Shown piece by piece: positions 1-9,727 of a DNA stretch of 64,000 bases. Position 1 is the first letter of the stretch; each line of letters opens with the position of its first letter. Both the position numbers and the translations under genes were made by a program. The notes under the pieces are model-generated. The model did no database searches and was not told where the DNA came from. It saw only the letters and a program-made list of their open reading frames with translations. Source of the stretch: Marinicella sp. (lineage in GTDB: Bacteria > Pseudomonadota > Gammaproteobacteria > Xanthomonadales > Marinicellaceae); assembly GCA_965230295.1 (NCBI GenBank), contig OZ246001.1:1600001-1664000 (forward strand). The letters are read 5' to 3'.

Positions 1-239
1 GTATCACCGGCTTTAAGTGCGGTTGTATCCACCAGGGAACTGGCAGCAGAATTTTGTGGAGTGATGGTTCGATCAACTGACGACAAGTGGGTATCCACCA
101 TGCCCTGGACCGTTGTTTTCAAATGTGGTTGCGCAGCGCACAATTTTTCAATGGCCGCTTGAATCTCAGCTGTAGGCAGTTCGATGACTTGGTTGAAAAT
201 GGCTTTGATTTGTTGCCAATCAGCTGGGGTCAATTCCAT
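1..239 (-). CDS. N-terminal part of a probable Ser/Thr protein kinase (runs off the window edge)
   Basis: Hand translation from ATG at 239 gives MELTPADWQQIKAIFNQVIELPTAE..., open to the window edge. This W..IK.IF helical N-terminus is typical of kinases encoded after TIGR02999-type ECF sigma factors. The kinase domain itself is outside the window. Confidence 0.6.
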   Translation of the reverse strand, partial: MELTPADWQQIKAIFNQVIELPTAEIQAAIEKLCAAQPHLKTTVQGMVDTHLSSVDRTITPQNSAASSLVDTTALKAGD

Positions 240-253
240 TGAAGATTCCTCGA

Positions 254-829
254 TTATTTATACTGCATCAACAACCAACTGCGAGCAAACTGCCAGTTTC
301 TGGAGACGGTTGATTCTGAAACGTCCAATACACGGGCCATCTCTGGAATGGTCATGCCACCAAAAATTTTATATTCAACCACCTTGGACGCTTCCTCATC
401 CACTTTGCTCAGATCCAGTAACAGTTCATCCAACTCAACCCAATTAAACTCATTGGCATTGGGGCTCTCTATCAAATCAGTGACTTTCTCTAAAGTGATG
501 TGTTGTTCCAAGCCCCCCCTTTTCTGACTCAACTCTGATCGGTAATGATCAACAACCACCCTTCTGATGACTTTGGCTGCAATGGCCAGAAAATGGTCTT
601 TGTTTTGCCAGTTGACTGATTTTTGGTCGCTGATGCGAATGAAGGCTTCATTGACCAATTCTGTGGTCTGCAAGGCACTGGCTGAATTGGACTTGATTTG
701 AAAATGAGCAATGCGATGGATATGTGGATACAACAATTGAATCAATTGGTTTTCCACTTTTTCATCACCCTGAGACCAAGCATGCAACATGTCATCAATC
801 TCAGTTGGGTCAGCTTTTAGATCATTCAT
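254..829 (-). CDS. ECF-type RNA polymerase sigma factor (TIGR02999/ECF43-like)
   Basis: Motifs AWSQGD, LYPHIHRIA, LQTTELVNEAFIR, QKRGG, and C-terminal HTH ...VSESTVSRNWQFARSWL. Confidence 0.9.
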   Translation of the reverse strand: MNDLKADPTEIDDMLHAWSQGDEKVENQLIQLLYPHIHRIAHFQIKSNSASALQTTELVNEAFIRISDQKSVNWQNKDHFLAIAAKVIRRVVVDHYRSELSQKRGGLEQHITLEKVTDLIESPNANEFNWVELDELLLDLSKVDEEASKVVEYKIFGGMTIPEMARVLDVSESTVSRNWQFARSWLLMQYK

Positions 830-1156
830 CTTTAATGATTATTTGGGTACTTCTGCAACACAATTAAACAAAAATACAGTTCACACATCGACCCAACAAA
901 TTGAGTCACACAACACTAAGTCTATACATTGTAACCAATTGTATGTACTTTTTTCAGCATTGCATCGAAATTCTTGATCCCAAACCAGCCGCTTAATACC
1001 ATGGTTTGTGCCAAAGATTGGTTTAATTGATGTCATCATCTGTATTGCCAAGGCCGCCTGTCACTTGATGTCGCTCAGATGAATCACTTTTTATCACAGA
1101 CCATTCACGCTGCTGATGAAGCGACGTAGCTCATTAAACCAAGCTAAAACGGTCTG

Positions 1157-3571
1157 TTACAACAGATACAAAATACTGTGCCTTATGCGACGAGAGAGGA
1201 TGTTCTTTGCGCCCTGATACATGGGCTCTAAATTCTCTGAATGGATGATCTTTCCGGCAATGTCAGTCCTGATGATCTGCTCTTCTTTCAACACCGATAT
1301 GAACTGACGGAACAAATTCTTATCAAAAAAGTCGGGTGAATTGAATTCATACAACAACGACAGTTGGCTGGCCACTTGATGGCACAAGGACTCCAATTCT
1401 TTGCTGGTTAGGGTCCCTGAACCCCGGTTTTTCAACAGCGCAATCACAATGAAGAAGCGCTCATAAGTTTGCATCAAGGCATTGGCCAGCACCCGCAGTT
1501 GTGCGGCCTGTAGCGAACCGCCTTTGTGCCGCTCTAAATTTCGCCCGGTTGATACCAGTAAATCCAAATCTTTCAACAATCCCAGAGTTTTTCTGCCATA
1601 CTCAACAAATTCTTCTGTTGTCCATTTGAGGAACAGTTCATTTTTTATGAAAGGGTAGACAATGGCCATCATGCGCAACACTTCTTTGCGCGGTTGTTTT
1701 AAATCATTGACAAAAAACATGGCAATGAAGGAACTGGCAGCAAACAAGTGCAAAACGTTGTTGCGGTAATAAGTCATCAACACACCCATTTCATCTTTGA
1801 CCTGAATGACATCACCCAAAGAGTGTTTAACGCGCTGGATGAAACCAAGAAAGATGCCTTTTTCAATGATTTCATCCACCGATAAAGTGGTCACCGTGGT
1901 GCGCTGAGAATAGGGTAAATCCAAAATGATCTTTTTATACAGTTCAATCTGGTTCCTTAAGTTGGCTTCAGAAGCCGCACGATTCGGGGTAGACAGCAAA
2001 GTCACTGCCAAAAGGTTAATGGGGTTAACATGTGATGCTTCATTGATTTTGGTCAGGATTTGCGTACCTGCATCTGACACCACATTTTTGAACCACTGGG
2101 GTTTTTCTTTAATTTCCAGTTTGACCTCTCGCCAGTCTGGTTTGTGCTTGTCTAACACATCATCCAATTCGATGGGTTCAGAAAAATTCACTGTTAAGCG
2201 ACCATAGTCTTCCTTTAATAACTTGATGGTTTTGAACAGTCCGCCGATTGATTCTTTCTTTTTACCTTTGCCTCCCAGCTCATTTTTATAGGATGCCCCT
2301 TCCATCAATTTTTCATAATTCAATGAAGAAGGCAAAAACACCAGGGGTTTACTGCGTTCATTCAAGTAACTGCGAACCGTCATTGCCAACATGCCAGCCT
2401 TGGGGTGTAACAAACGGCCAGTACGTGATCGGGTGCCTTCGATGAAGTATTCGATCGAAACACCATGGGCTATCAAGGAGCTCAAGTATTCAGAAAATAT
2501 GGTCGAGTAAAGTACCGAATTAAAAGAACGGCGTAAAAAGAAGGCCCCAGACCCCCGCAGGATTCGACCCACCAAAGGTAAGTTTAAATTGATGCCTGCT
2601 GCAATGTGTGGAGGTACGATGCCCCGTTCATACAAGGAGTAAGACAAGATCAAATAATCAATGTGGCTGCGGTGGCATGGGGTATAAATGATTTCTTTTT
2701 CGATGGTGAGGTTTCTGAACTCATCAAAAAAGTTCAGCTTCACCCCATCATAAACCTTGGTCCAGAACCAACGGAATATACCACTCATGAACTTTATCGA
2801 TGAATACGAATAGTCAGCTGCTATTTCACGGATGATTTTCTCAGCTTCTTTTTTTGCTTTTTCTACAGGAATTTTCCGCCGCTCTGCATAACTGTTGATT
2901 TCATGCTGCACACTGGGCCTTTTGATGATGTTTTTGGCAATGGTTCTGCGGTGTGATAAATCTCGTCCCACCACAGCCGTTTTGACCCGGTTGTTATGCA
3001 GCCGCAAAACCCTCGACAGTTTGTGCGACATTTTTTCAGCTTCGTCATCTGAATCATCCAATGTTTGATTCACCACAATGGGTTGGCTGAGTCTGACCAA
3101 TGTGTGCTTGCCGTGTACCAGGAATGAAATGAATTTCCTGAATCGACCAGTGATGCCCCATTTTTCAGAAAATATGACTTTAAATATGCCGTGGTCTCGA
3201 TCTGGTGCGCGCCCTAAAAAGACTGAAATGGGCACCAGTTGTAATTGTTTAGAGGCGTCTGCTTGAATTTGTTTGATGACATCAGTGAGCTGGCTCTCAA
3301 ACTCCTTGTAATCGGTTTTTCGGTTCCAGAACCCAACGGTTTTTTGTGAGGCCAAGATACTTTTGCTGAGGCCAAACTCAGCGTCTAACTTGAAAGGTTT
3401 TGGTAAGTGTCCGCGGTTGATTTCTTCCCACAAGATACTTCTTGAGACCGTTGACTCTGAGGAAAGAACATAAACGAAAGGCATGTCAGGATCGACCCCT
3501 AAACTGGAAAGTTTTTTGGGGCTGTATTCTACTTTTACTCGCAGATAGAGTAACTTACTGAGTAATGACAT
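1157..3571 (-). CDS. plsB: Glycerol-3-phosphate 1-O-acyltransferase
   Basis: Acyltransferase motifs PCHRSHIDY, GAFFLRR and FIEGTRSRTG; 804 aa. Confidence 0.95.
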   Translation of the reverse strand: MSLLSKLLYLRVKVEYSPKKLSSLGVDPDMPFVYVLSSESTVSRSILWEEINRGHLPKPFKLDAEFGLSKSILASQKTVGFWNRKTDYKEFESQLTDVIKQIQADASKQLQLVPISVFLGRAPDRDHGIFKVIFSEKWGITGRFRKFISFLVHGKHTLVRLSQPIVVNQTLDDSDDEAEKMSHKLSRVLRLHNNRVKTAVVGRDLSHRRTIAKNIIKRPSVQHEINSYAERRKIPVEKAKKEAEKIIREIAADYSYSSIKFMSGIFRWFWTKVYDGVKLNFFDEFRNLTIEKEIIYTPCHRSHIDYLILSYSLYERGIVPPHIAAGINLNLPLVGRILRGSGAFFLRRSFNSVLYSTIFSEYLSSLIAHGVSIEYFIEGTRSRTGRLLHPKAGMLAMTVRSYLNERSKPLVFLPSSLNYEKLMEGASYKNELGGKGKKKESIGGLFKTIKLLKEDYGRLTVNFSEPIELDDVLDKHKPDWREVKLEIKEKPQWFKNVVSDAGTQILTKINEASHVNPINLLAVTLLSTPNRAASEANLRNQIELYKKIILDLPYSQRTTVTTLSVDEIIEKGIFLGFIQRVKHSLGDVIQVKDEMGVLMTYYRNNVLHLFAASSFIAMFFVNDLKQPRKEVLRMMAIVYPFIKNELFLKWTTEEFVEYGRKTLGLLKDLDLLVSTGRNLERHKGGSLQAAQLRVLANALMQTYERFFIVIALLKNRGSGTLTSKELESLCHQVASQLSLLYEFNSPDFFDKNLFRQFISVLKEEQIIRTDIAGKIIHSENLEPMYQGAKNILSRRIRHSILYLL

Positions 3572-3630
3572 GTATTGAGTTTAGCAGATTAGGTCGCCAA
3601 AACAGCAACATTATTGATTGATCAAAGCGG

Positions 3631-3657
3631 AAAAAGGGCCGAGAATCGGCCCTTTTT
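3631..3657 (-). terminator. Rho-independent terminator
   Basis: AAAAAGGGCCGA-GAA-TCGGCCCTTTTT hairpin downstream of the lipoprotein gene. Confidence 0.7.
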
Positions 3658-3679
3658 TCTGACTTTTGGAAGTGTGGAT

Positions 3680-4507
3680 TTATTGCTCGCCAACCCAAAC
3701 GCCGTCTTTCTTAACCATGTTCATGGATTGTTTGATGCTTTGACCAAAAATATCAAAACTGACATCCATGGTGGCATTGTCACCATTGACATTAACGTTA
3801 CCAACTTCAACAGAATCCAACATGTCGTCCATTGAAATACCGTAAGCGCCTAACACGTCTTTCAAACCACCAAAGGCAATGGAGCCTTTCGCCAATGCTT
3901 GATCAAAACTCATGTTCTCAACTTCATCCAATGAAGTCATGTCCAAAGCTTTGGCCGTGCTGACTATAGCCGAAATGGCTGCTTTGGTTTTTTCTTCACT
4001 CAGGACGTCGTTTTCTCCAACCCAGTCCATCGCGGCACCGGCCACAGCGGCCATGGTGTCACGTTGATCTGCTGGTAACATGGGGTTTTGTTTGATGCCC
4101 TGGATCATTTGATCTTTACCCATCATGACCATCATGGGTAACATGGCGCGTGCTTGCTCTAATTGAGGTTCAGCCATGGCATACAAGCTGTCTTCTGCAC
4201 CATCGGCAGTCAGCATGCTCATGGTTTGCGCAAACTGGGCTTTATCCGCTTCAGAAAAATTACCGGTTTTATTTTTTTCGAATTCATTAACCAGCTCGTT
4301 GTATTTCTCTTTACTCATTGAGTTTTTAATCAACGATGCCAAGTCGTTAGATTTCATGGCAGCAATAGATGCTTTCAACGCACCATCAGGTGTGTCAGTA
4401 TCCATCATGGCAATTTCTTTTTCTGCTGAATTTTCGTCACCACCACAGGCTGTTAAACCCATCAGTGCAATCAACAAAAGTGACAGTAATTTTAAATGTG
4501 TATTCAT
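3680..4507 (-). CDS. Hypothetical lipoprotein
   Basis: Signal peptide with lipobox LTAC; Met/Ala-rich helical body. Confidence 0.8.
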   Translation of the reverse strand: MNTHLKLLSLLLIALMGLTACGGDENSAEKEIAMMDTDTPDGALKASIAAMKSNDLASLIKNSMSKEKYNELVNEFEKNKTGNFSEADKAQFAQTMSMLTADGAEDSLYAMAEPQLEQARAMLPMMVMMGKDQMIQGIKQNPMLPADQRDTMAAVAGAAMDWVGENDVLSEEKTKAAISAIVSTAKALDMTSLDEVENMSFDQALAKGSIAFGGLKDVLGAYGISMDDMLDSVEVGNVNVNGDNATMDVSFDIFGQSIKQSMNMVKKDGVWVGEQ

Positions 4508-4579
4508 GTGATCCTCTTCAATAAATATAAGTGTAAACCGCGTATTATGTCTCGATTCAGACGATTTAACAAGAATTCA

Positions 4580-5905
4580 CTACAATATGTAGCGACTCAA
4601 ATCTTCATCTTTTGAAAGCTCGCCAACAGCACTGTTAACATGTTCAGCATCGATGATGTACTCTTGTCCTGATTTATCCGGGGCATCAAAGGCCACTTCA
4701 TCCAAGATGTTTTCTAATACCGTATGCAGTCGCCTGGCCCCTATATTTTCCGTTTTTTCATTCACCGACCAAGAAATTTCTGCGATTCGTTTGATGCCAT
4801 CTTCAGAAAATTTAAGCACCACATTTTCAGTACCGATCAAGGCCCGGTACTGCTCAGTCAATGAATGCTCAGGTTCGGTGAGGATGCGCTCAAAGTCTTC
4901 ACTGGTCAGCGCACGCAACTCCACCCTAATGGGTAACCGACCTTGTAATTCCGGAATCAAGTCTGAAGGTTTACTCAAGTGAAATGCACCTGATGCGATG
5001 AACAAAATGTAATCGGTTTTGATCGGGCCATATTTGGTGTTCACTACCGAACCTTCAATCATCGGTAACAGGTCTCTTTGTACCCCTTCACGAGACACTT
5101 GGCCTGAACCACCGACCCCACCACTTTTGGCCACTTTATCAATTTCATCAATAAACACAATACCGTTTTGTTCGGCTTGAGTCAGCGCCTGTTGTCTGAT
5201 TTCTTCTTCATTGATGAGCTTTTGTGCTTCTTGTTCAGCCAGGATGGGCAGGGCTGCTTTGATGGTTAATTTCTTGGTTTGTTGTTTCTTTTTACCCAGG
5301 TTTTCAAACATGCTTTGTAACTGGTCGGTCATTTCTTCCATACCTGGAGGGCCCATGATGTCCACACCCATGTTCATGTTGACCTGAATTTCAATTTCCT
5401 TATCGTCCAACTTGCCTTCGCGTAAACGGGTTAAGAATTTGGCCCGGGTGCTGCTGTCATCCACCGTTTCATCAGGAATGGGCGACTCACGCTTGGGTAA
5501 TAAATAGTCAAGAACCCTTTGTTCTGCGGCGTCTTCGGCTTTTTTGTTGACTTGTTTCATCGCCGTTTCACGGGCTTTTTTCATCGAGGACTCAACCAAG
5601 TCTCGAATGATTGATTCCACGTCTTTGCCCACATAACCCACCTCGGTGAATTTGGTGGCTTCCACTTTGATGAAGGGGGCATCTGCCAATATGGCTAAAC
5701 GCCTGGCAATTTCTGTTTTACCCACTCCAGTGGGCCCTATCATCAAAATGTTTTTGGGGGTGATTTCTTTGGCCATGGCATCATCCAGTTGCATGCGCCG
5801 CCAACGGTTACGCAGTGCAATGGCCACTGATCTTTTGGCATTGTGTTGGCCAATGATGTGTTTGTCCAATTCCTGGACAATTTCTCGGGGAGTCATATTT
5901 GACAT
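4580..5905 (-). CDS. hslU: ATP-dependent protease ATPase subunit HslU
   Basis: [27 protein letters not shown]; C-terminus DLSRYIL. Confidence 0.98.
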   Translation of the reverse strand: MSNMTPREIVQELDKHIIGQHNAKRSVAIALRNRWRRMQLDDAMAKEITPKNILMIGPTGVGKTEIARRLAILADAPFIKVEATKFTEVGYVGKDVESIIRDLVESSMKKARETAMKQVNKKAEDAAEQRVLDYLLPKRESPIPDETVDDSSTRAKFLTRLREGKLDDKEIEIQVNMNMGVDIMGPPGMEEMTDQLQSMFENLGKKKQQTKKLTIKAALPILAEQEAQKLINEEEIRQQALTQAEQNGIVFIDEIDKVAKSGGVGGSGQVSREGVQRDLLPMIEGSVVNTKYGPIKTDYILFIASGAFHLSKPSDLIPELQGRLPIRVELRALTSEDFERILTEPEHSLTEQYRALIGTENVVLKFSEDGIKRIAEISWSVNEKTENIGARRLHTVLENILDEVAFDAPDKSGQEYIIDAEHVNSAVGELSKDEDLSRYIL

Positions 5906-5915
5906 AACAATTCCT

Positions 5916-6467
5916 TTATAAATCCAATGTTTCTATGGTCTGGTTGCGGTTGGTGTAAATACAAATGTCGGCAGCAATGTTCAAGGCTTCCTTAACCAAA
6001 CGCTCAGCCGGTAACTGGCTGTTTTTGATCATCGCTAAGGCGGCAGCCTGGGCAAACGGGCCACCTGATCCAATGGCAATCAAACCGTGTTCCGGCTCGA
6101 TCACATCGCCATTACCAGAAATGATCAACGAAGTGGTGTGGTCAGCAACTGCCAACAATGCTTCCAGGCGCCCTAAGCGGCGGTCGGTGCGCCATTCTTT
6201 GGCCATTTCAACCGCAGAACGCACCAAATGCCCGGAATGCTTTTCTAACTTGGCTTCAAACACTTCAAACAAGGTGAAGGCATCTGCCGTGGCACCGGCA
6301 AAACCAGCCAAGACTTCATTGCGGTACAATCGCCTGACTTTTCGGGCGTTGGATTTCATGACGGTGTTGCCCAGGGTAACCTGGCCATCACCGCCAATCA
6401 CAACTTGTTTATCGTCGCGGTAACTGACTATGGTGGTCCCGCGGTAGTTATGCATTGACTCTTTCAT
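5916..6467 (-). CDS. hslV: ATP-dependent protease subunit HslV
   Basis: Catalytic N-terminal TTIV, GDGQVT, AIGSGG, DICIYTN. Confidence 0.97.
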   Translation of the reverse strand: MKESMHNYRGTTIVSYRDDKQVVIGGDGQVTLGNTVMKSNARKVRRLYRNEVLAGFAGATADAFTLFEVFEAKLEKHSGHLVRSAVEMAKEWRTDRRLGRLEALLAVADHTTSLIISGNGDVIEPEHGLIAIGSGGPFAQAAALAMIKNSQLPAERLVKEALNIAADICIYTNRNQTIETLDL

Positions 6468-6494
6468 GTATGATTTGTACTTAGATAAGCCCTA

Positions 6495-6524
6495 TAAATG
6501 GGTTGTTTTCAGGAAAAATCAAAC
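6495..6524 (-). promoter_or_regulatory. Probable sigma32 promoter of hslVU
   Basis: Minus strand GTTTGA-tttttcctgaaaacaa-CCCATTTA resembles the CTTGAA..CCCCATNT consensus; hslVU is a classical heat-shock operon. Confidence 0.6.
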
Positions 6525-6560
6525 AATTAATCCTTCAGACAATGTTTTTTTCATCAAGGC

Positions 6561-6593
6561 AAAAAAAAAACACCCAGCCTTGCCGGGTGTTTT
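6561..6593 (-). terminator. Rho-independent terminator
   Basis: AAAACACCC/GGGTGTTTT stem followed by a 10-nt U tract on the minus strand. Confidence 0.65.
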
Positions 6594-6624
6594 ACTGACA
6601 GGCATTGGTGCCTGAAAACTGTGA

Positions 6625-7140
6625 TCACCAACCTCTTTTGCGTTTGGCTTTTCTGAATCTGCGGTTTCTGGCACGGCTGACGGCCTCTTGATCTTTGATA
6701 CCCGCCCAGTCATCCAGGGTGAAAGGTCCATTCTTGGCATACACCAATCTGGCCCGACAGAAATCTTTGTATTCCATCATTTCCTCTTCAACAGCGTCCA
6801 TGGTGCCATCAATGACGATACAGTCATCCACATAACCGATACCTGGAATGTGATCTGGAATCACGTCGTTGTCATCAATGAAGTATTTGATGGTGGCATT
6901 GATTTTTTCTTTGTTGCTGTCTTCAATGACCCAAGTTTTGTCTTCAACCATGCTGAGCATCATTTGCAAACAACCCACTTGATCAATCACATAACCATCA
7001 TTCACGTTGGCTCGCACTTCTGCCACCTTTTCCATGGCCTCTTTGACATCTGCTGAATCTATATTGGTGCCATGCTCTTCGATGAATTTATTAAAATGTG
7101 CTTTGACCTGATCATCAATATCAATTGAAACGGTAGCCAT
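6625..7140 (-). CDS. YkvA/DUF1232 family protein
   Basis: YF.D..DVIPDHIPGIGYVDD motif. Confidence 0.85.
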   Translation of the reverse strand: MATVSIDIDDQVKAHFNKFIEEHGTNIDSADVKEAMEKVAEVRANVNDGYVIDQVGCLQMMLSMVEDKTWVIEDSNKEKINATIKYFIDDNDVIPDHIPGIGYVDDCIVIDGTMDAVEEEMMEYKDFCRARLVYAKNGPFTLDDWAGIKDQEAVSRARNRRFRKAKRKRGW

Positions 7141-7183
7141 AAGTTGTCCTCTGTGAAATTTAATTGGATTATTATAAACAGCC

Positions 7184-7909
7184 GTGACAATAAATCAAAT
7201 GGCTGTCCTCATGCTTTTATATTATCATTGTCGTAGATCAATGCGAGCAATATTTATCAAAAACACGAGCGTCTCATACTTTAATTACGTTTTGAGTGGT
7301 ATTTTGTTACTCTTGGCAACCCTTTCACTGGCCAAAGAAAGCAATGACCCCACCTCTGCCTTGGTACAGGATGCAGAAAAACAACAACGATTGTTGTTAG
7401 AAAAATATGGCATAAGCCAACACCCCCAATGGACAGCCAAATGTCAATCGATGATCGAATTACTGCAATTAGTGGAGTTCAAGTCATGTCAGGTGTTGGC
7501 CGCAGATTATGCCAATGCCTACTCACTTGCAAACGGCGTGGTGCTCTTGACCGAAGGTTTGCTGGGCAACATCAACAACAACGACCAACTGGCTCATGTT
7601 TTGGCCCATGAACATGCCCACTTATCCCTCAAACATCACCAACAAGCACAACAAATGGTCAACAACCCACCTGTTTTCTTTACCAAATCACGCATGAAAA
7701 AATTTTACCGTCAAATGGAGCAAGACGCTGATTTGGCGGCTAATGAGTTATTGATAAAACACCAGTTGGACCCTTTACAGATTCACCATTATCTGCTGCG
7801 GATTGAAAAAACCACCACAGAACGTTCGGCTGACCATGAAAAACTTAAAAACCGCATTCAGAGGAAAAACCTATCTCCTGAGCATATAGATCCATGGTGG
7901 CAAAAATAA
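7184..7909 (+). CDS. M48 family metallopeptidase (true start probably downstream)
   Basis: NAYSL..G, LAHVLAHEHAH zinc motif, E.DAD; hydrophobic signal segment. Confidence 0.85.
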   Translation: MTINQMAVLMLLYYHCRRSMRAIFIKNTSVSYFNYVLSGILLLLATLSLAKESNDPTSALVQDAEKQQRLLLEKYGISQHPQWTAKCQSMIELLQLVEFKSCQVLAADYANAYSLANGVVLLTEGLLGNINNNDQLAHVLAHEHAHLSLKHHQQAQQMVNNPPVFFTKSRMKKFYRQMEQDADLAANELLIKHQLDPLQIHHYLLRIEKTTTERSADHEKLKNRIQRKNLSPEHIDPWWQK

Positions 7910-7990
7910 ACCAATCGATATACCGATTTGATTTGATTAAATAAAATTATCATCGGGATTTTCATATTGGATGAATTTTAAAAAAACGCA

Positions 7991-8105
7991 CGTCATTCTG
8001 TGACTTGACCACAGAATCCAGGTAGTATAATTTTGACGCTTATTAAAAGTTTGAATCACTGAAGTACTGTCCGCCTGGATCCTGCGGTCAAGCCGCAGGA
8101 TGACG
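7991..8105. repeat. Inverted pair of CGTC-type REP elements (REPIN-like doublet)
   Basis: CGTCATTCTGTGACTTGACCACAGAATCCAG at 7991-8021, and the reverse complement of CGTCATCCTGCGGCTTGACCGCAGGATCCAG at 8075-8105. Confidence 0.85.
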
Positions 8106-8266
8106 AGGAGTTAATTTTGTATAACAAAACTTTACGGGTTTCTGGAACGGGACAAAGTGAAGGCTAAATTATGGATCGGGCTGGGTTGCACAGCAACTCT
8201 TTGCAAGACTCATTCAATAGATGACTAATGGTATGAGTCTAAAGTGATAAATCTCGCTATAATGTA

Positions 8267-9727
8267 TTGATGAAGTTAAACAGCAAATCCTTGTTGGCCA
8301 TCATTTTTACTGTCCTGGGCTTGTTTGCCCTGGTCATGGTGTTGATTCTGGCTGAGAAGCTATTGGCCATCTGGGATTACCTCCAATCTGCACCCCTGTG
8401 GGTGACGGTCATGTATGCGGCCCTGATCGTGGTGGTTACCAGCATACCCGTTTGGTTGTTTGTTAAATTAACCAGGCCTAAAGTCAAAACCGAACCACAA
8501 GTACAGGTGCTTGATGAACAAAGCTTGGAACAAGCCATCCAACAAGAACAACTGCGCGGTGTGGACACTCAGGCTGCTGATGCCGAGATGCTTGAACTGC
8601 GAGAACGCCGATCCAGCGGGCAGTTCCACATCAGTTTGTTCGGCAGTGCTTCAACCGGAAAAACCAGCCTCATTCAATCTTTAATTCCTGATGCCCATGT
8701 GAAAACCGATGTGGTCAAGGGTACCACCATTGCAGCTCAACACCACAGTTATGGGCAACTGGAAATAACCGATTTGCCTGGCTTTGATGCGGTGGGACAA
8801 GATGAACTGACCCAGCTGGCACTCGAAGAAAGCCAACGGGCCCATGTGGTGGTGTTTTTACTCAATACCGACTTGGCCAGAAGCGAAATGTTGCTGTTTG
8901 AAAAACTCAATGAATGGCACAAACCCATGGTGCTGGCTTTGAATAAAGTCGATGTGTATAGCAATGAACAATTACAACAAATCACAGCGGCCATCGAACA
9001 AAAAACCCGACAACTTTTTCCAGTGGTGATGATCAACACAGGCGGATTTCAAGAGGTCGTCGTCGAACAAGCCGATGGCAGCCAACAACATCGCACCCAA
9101 GCGGTGCAACCCAACATCAAACCACTGATCGATGCCATCGAACAAGTGGTCAGTGACAACCCTGAAGCCTTGCATCGCTTTCGCGATGCCGGCATCCTGA
9201 TGTTGGCCGAACAGAAGCTCAATGCGGCCAGCAGAGAACACAACCAAACAGTGGCAGCAGAAACCATAGACCGCCACACCAAACGCGCCATTGTTGGGGC
9301 GCTGGCATCTGTGGCGCCAGGTTCAGACCTGGTGATTCAAGGAACCATTGGTACCCAATTGGTGCGAGAATTGTGTCAGTTGTATGATGTACAAGTGAAT
9401 CAACTGCAGGTCGATGAAGTTTTGAAATCAGCCGGTGGTAAATTACGCACATCAACCTCGTTGGTATTAGCAGTGGCCGGCAATGCACTGAAAGCCTTTC
9501 CTGGTGTTGGAACCGCAGCTGGCGGCATCATGCATGCTGTGGCCTATGGCATGATATTCAATTCACTGGGTAAAGCGGTGCTCACCAGCGTCAGCACCCA
9601 AGGACGACTTGACACCGAACAAACCAAACAGACTTTTGAGGAAAATTTACTTGGCTCATCCAAAGAACTGGCTAAAGATCTGGCAAAAATGGCGCTCAGA
9701 CTCAGCCGCGAAAAAAGCAGCCGCTAA
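8267..9727 (+). CDS. Membrane-anchored Era-like GTPase with C-terminal DUF697/YcjF-like domain
   Basis: Two N-terminal TM helices; G1 GSASTGKT, G3 DLPG, G4 NKVD; C-terminal Gly/Ala-rich hydrophobic helices. Confidence 0.85.
   Translation: MMKLNSKSLLAIIFTVLGLFALVMVLILAEKLLAIWDYLQSAPLWVTVMYAALIVVVTSIPVWLFVKLTRPKVKTEPQVQVLDEQSLEQAIQQEQLRGVDTQAADAEMLELRERRSSGQFHISLFGSASTGKTSLIQSLIPDAHVKTDVVKGTTIAAQHHSYGQLEITDLPGFDAVGQDELTQLALEESQRAHVVVFLLNTDLARSEMLLFEKLNEWHKPMVLALNKVDVYSNEQLQQITAAIEQKTRQLFPVVMINTGGFQEVVVEQADGSQQHRTQAVQPNIKPLIDAIEQVVSDNPEALHRFRDAGILMLAEQKLNAASREHNQTVAAETIDRHTKRAIVGALASVAPGSDLVIQGTIGTQLVRELCQLYDVQVNQLQVDEVLKSAGGKLRTSTSLVLAVAGNALKAFPGVGTAAGGIMHAVAYGMIFNSLGKAVLTSVSTQGRLDTEQTKQTFEENLLGSSKELAKDLAKMALRLSREKSSR

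Noticed and set aside
9705-9727. Programmed frameshift at AAAAAAG fusing the two GTPases
   Set aside because: The heptamer is out of phase for a -1 shift, the second ORF is in the +1 frame, and a TTG start with a GAGGA RBS exists at 9651.
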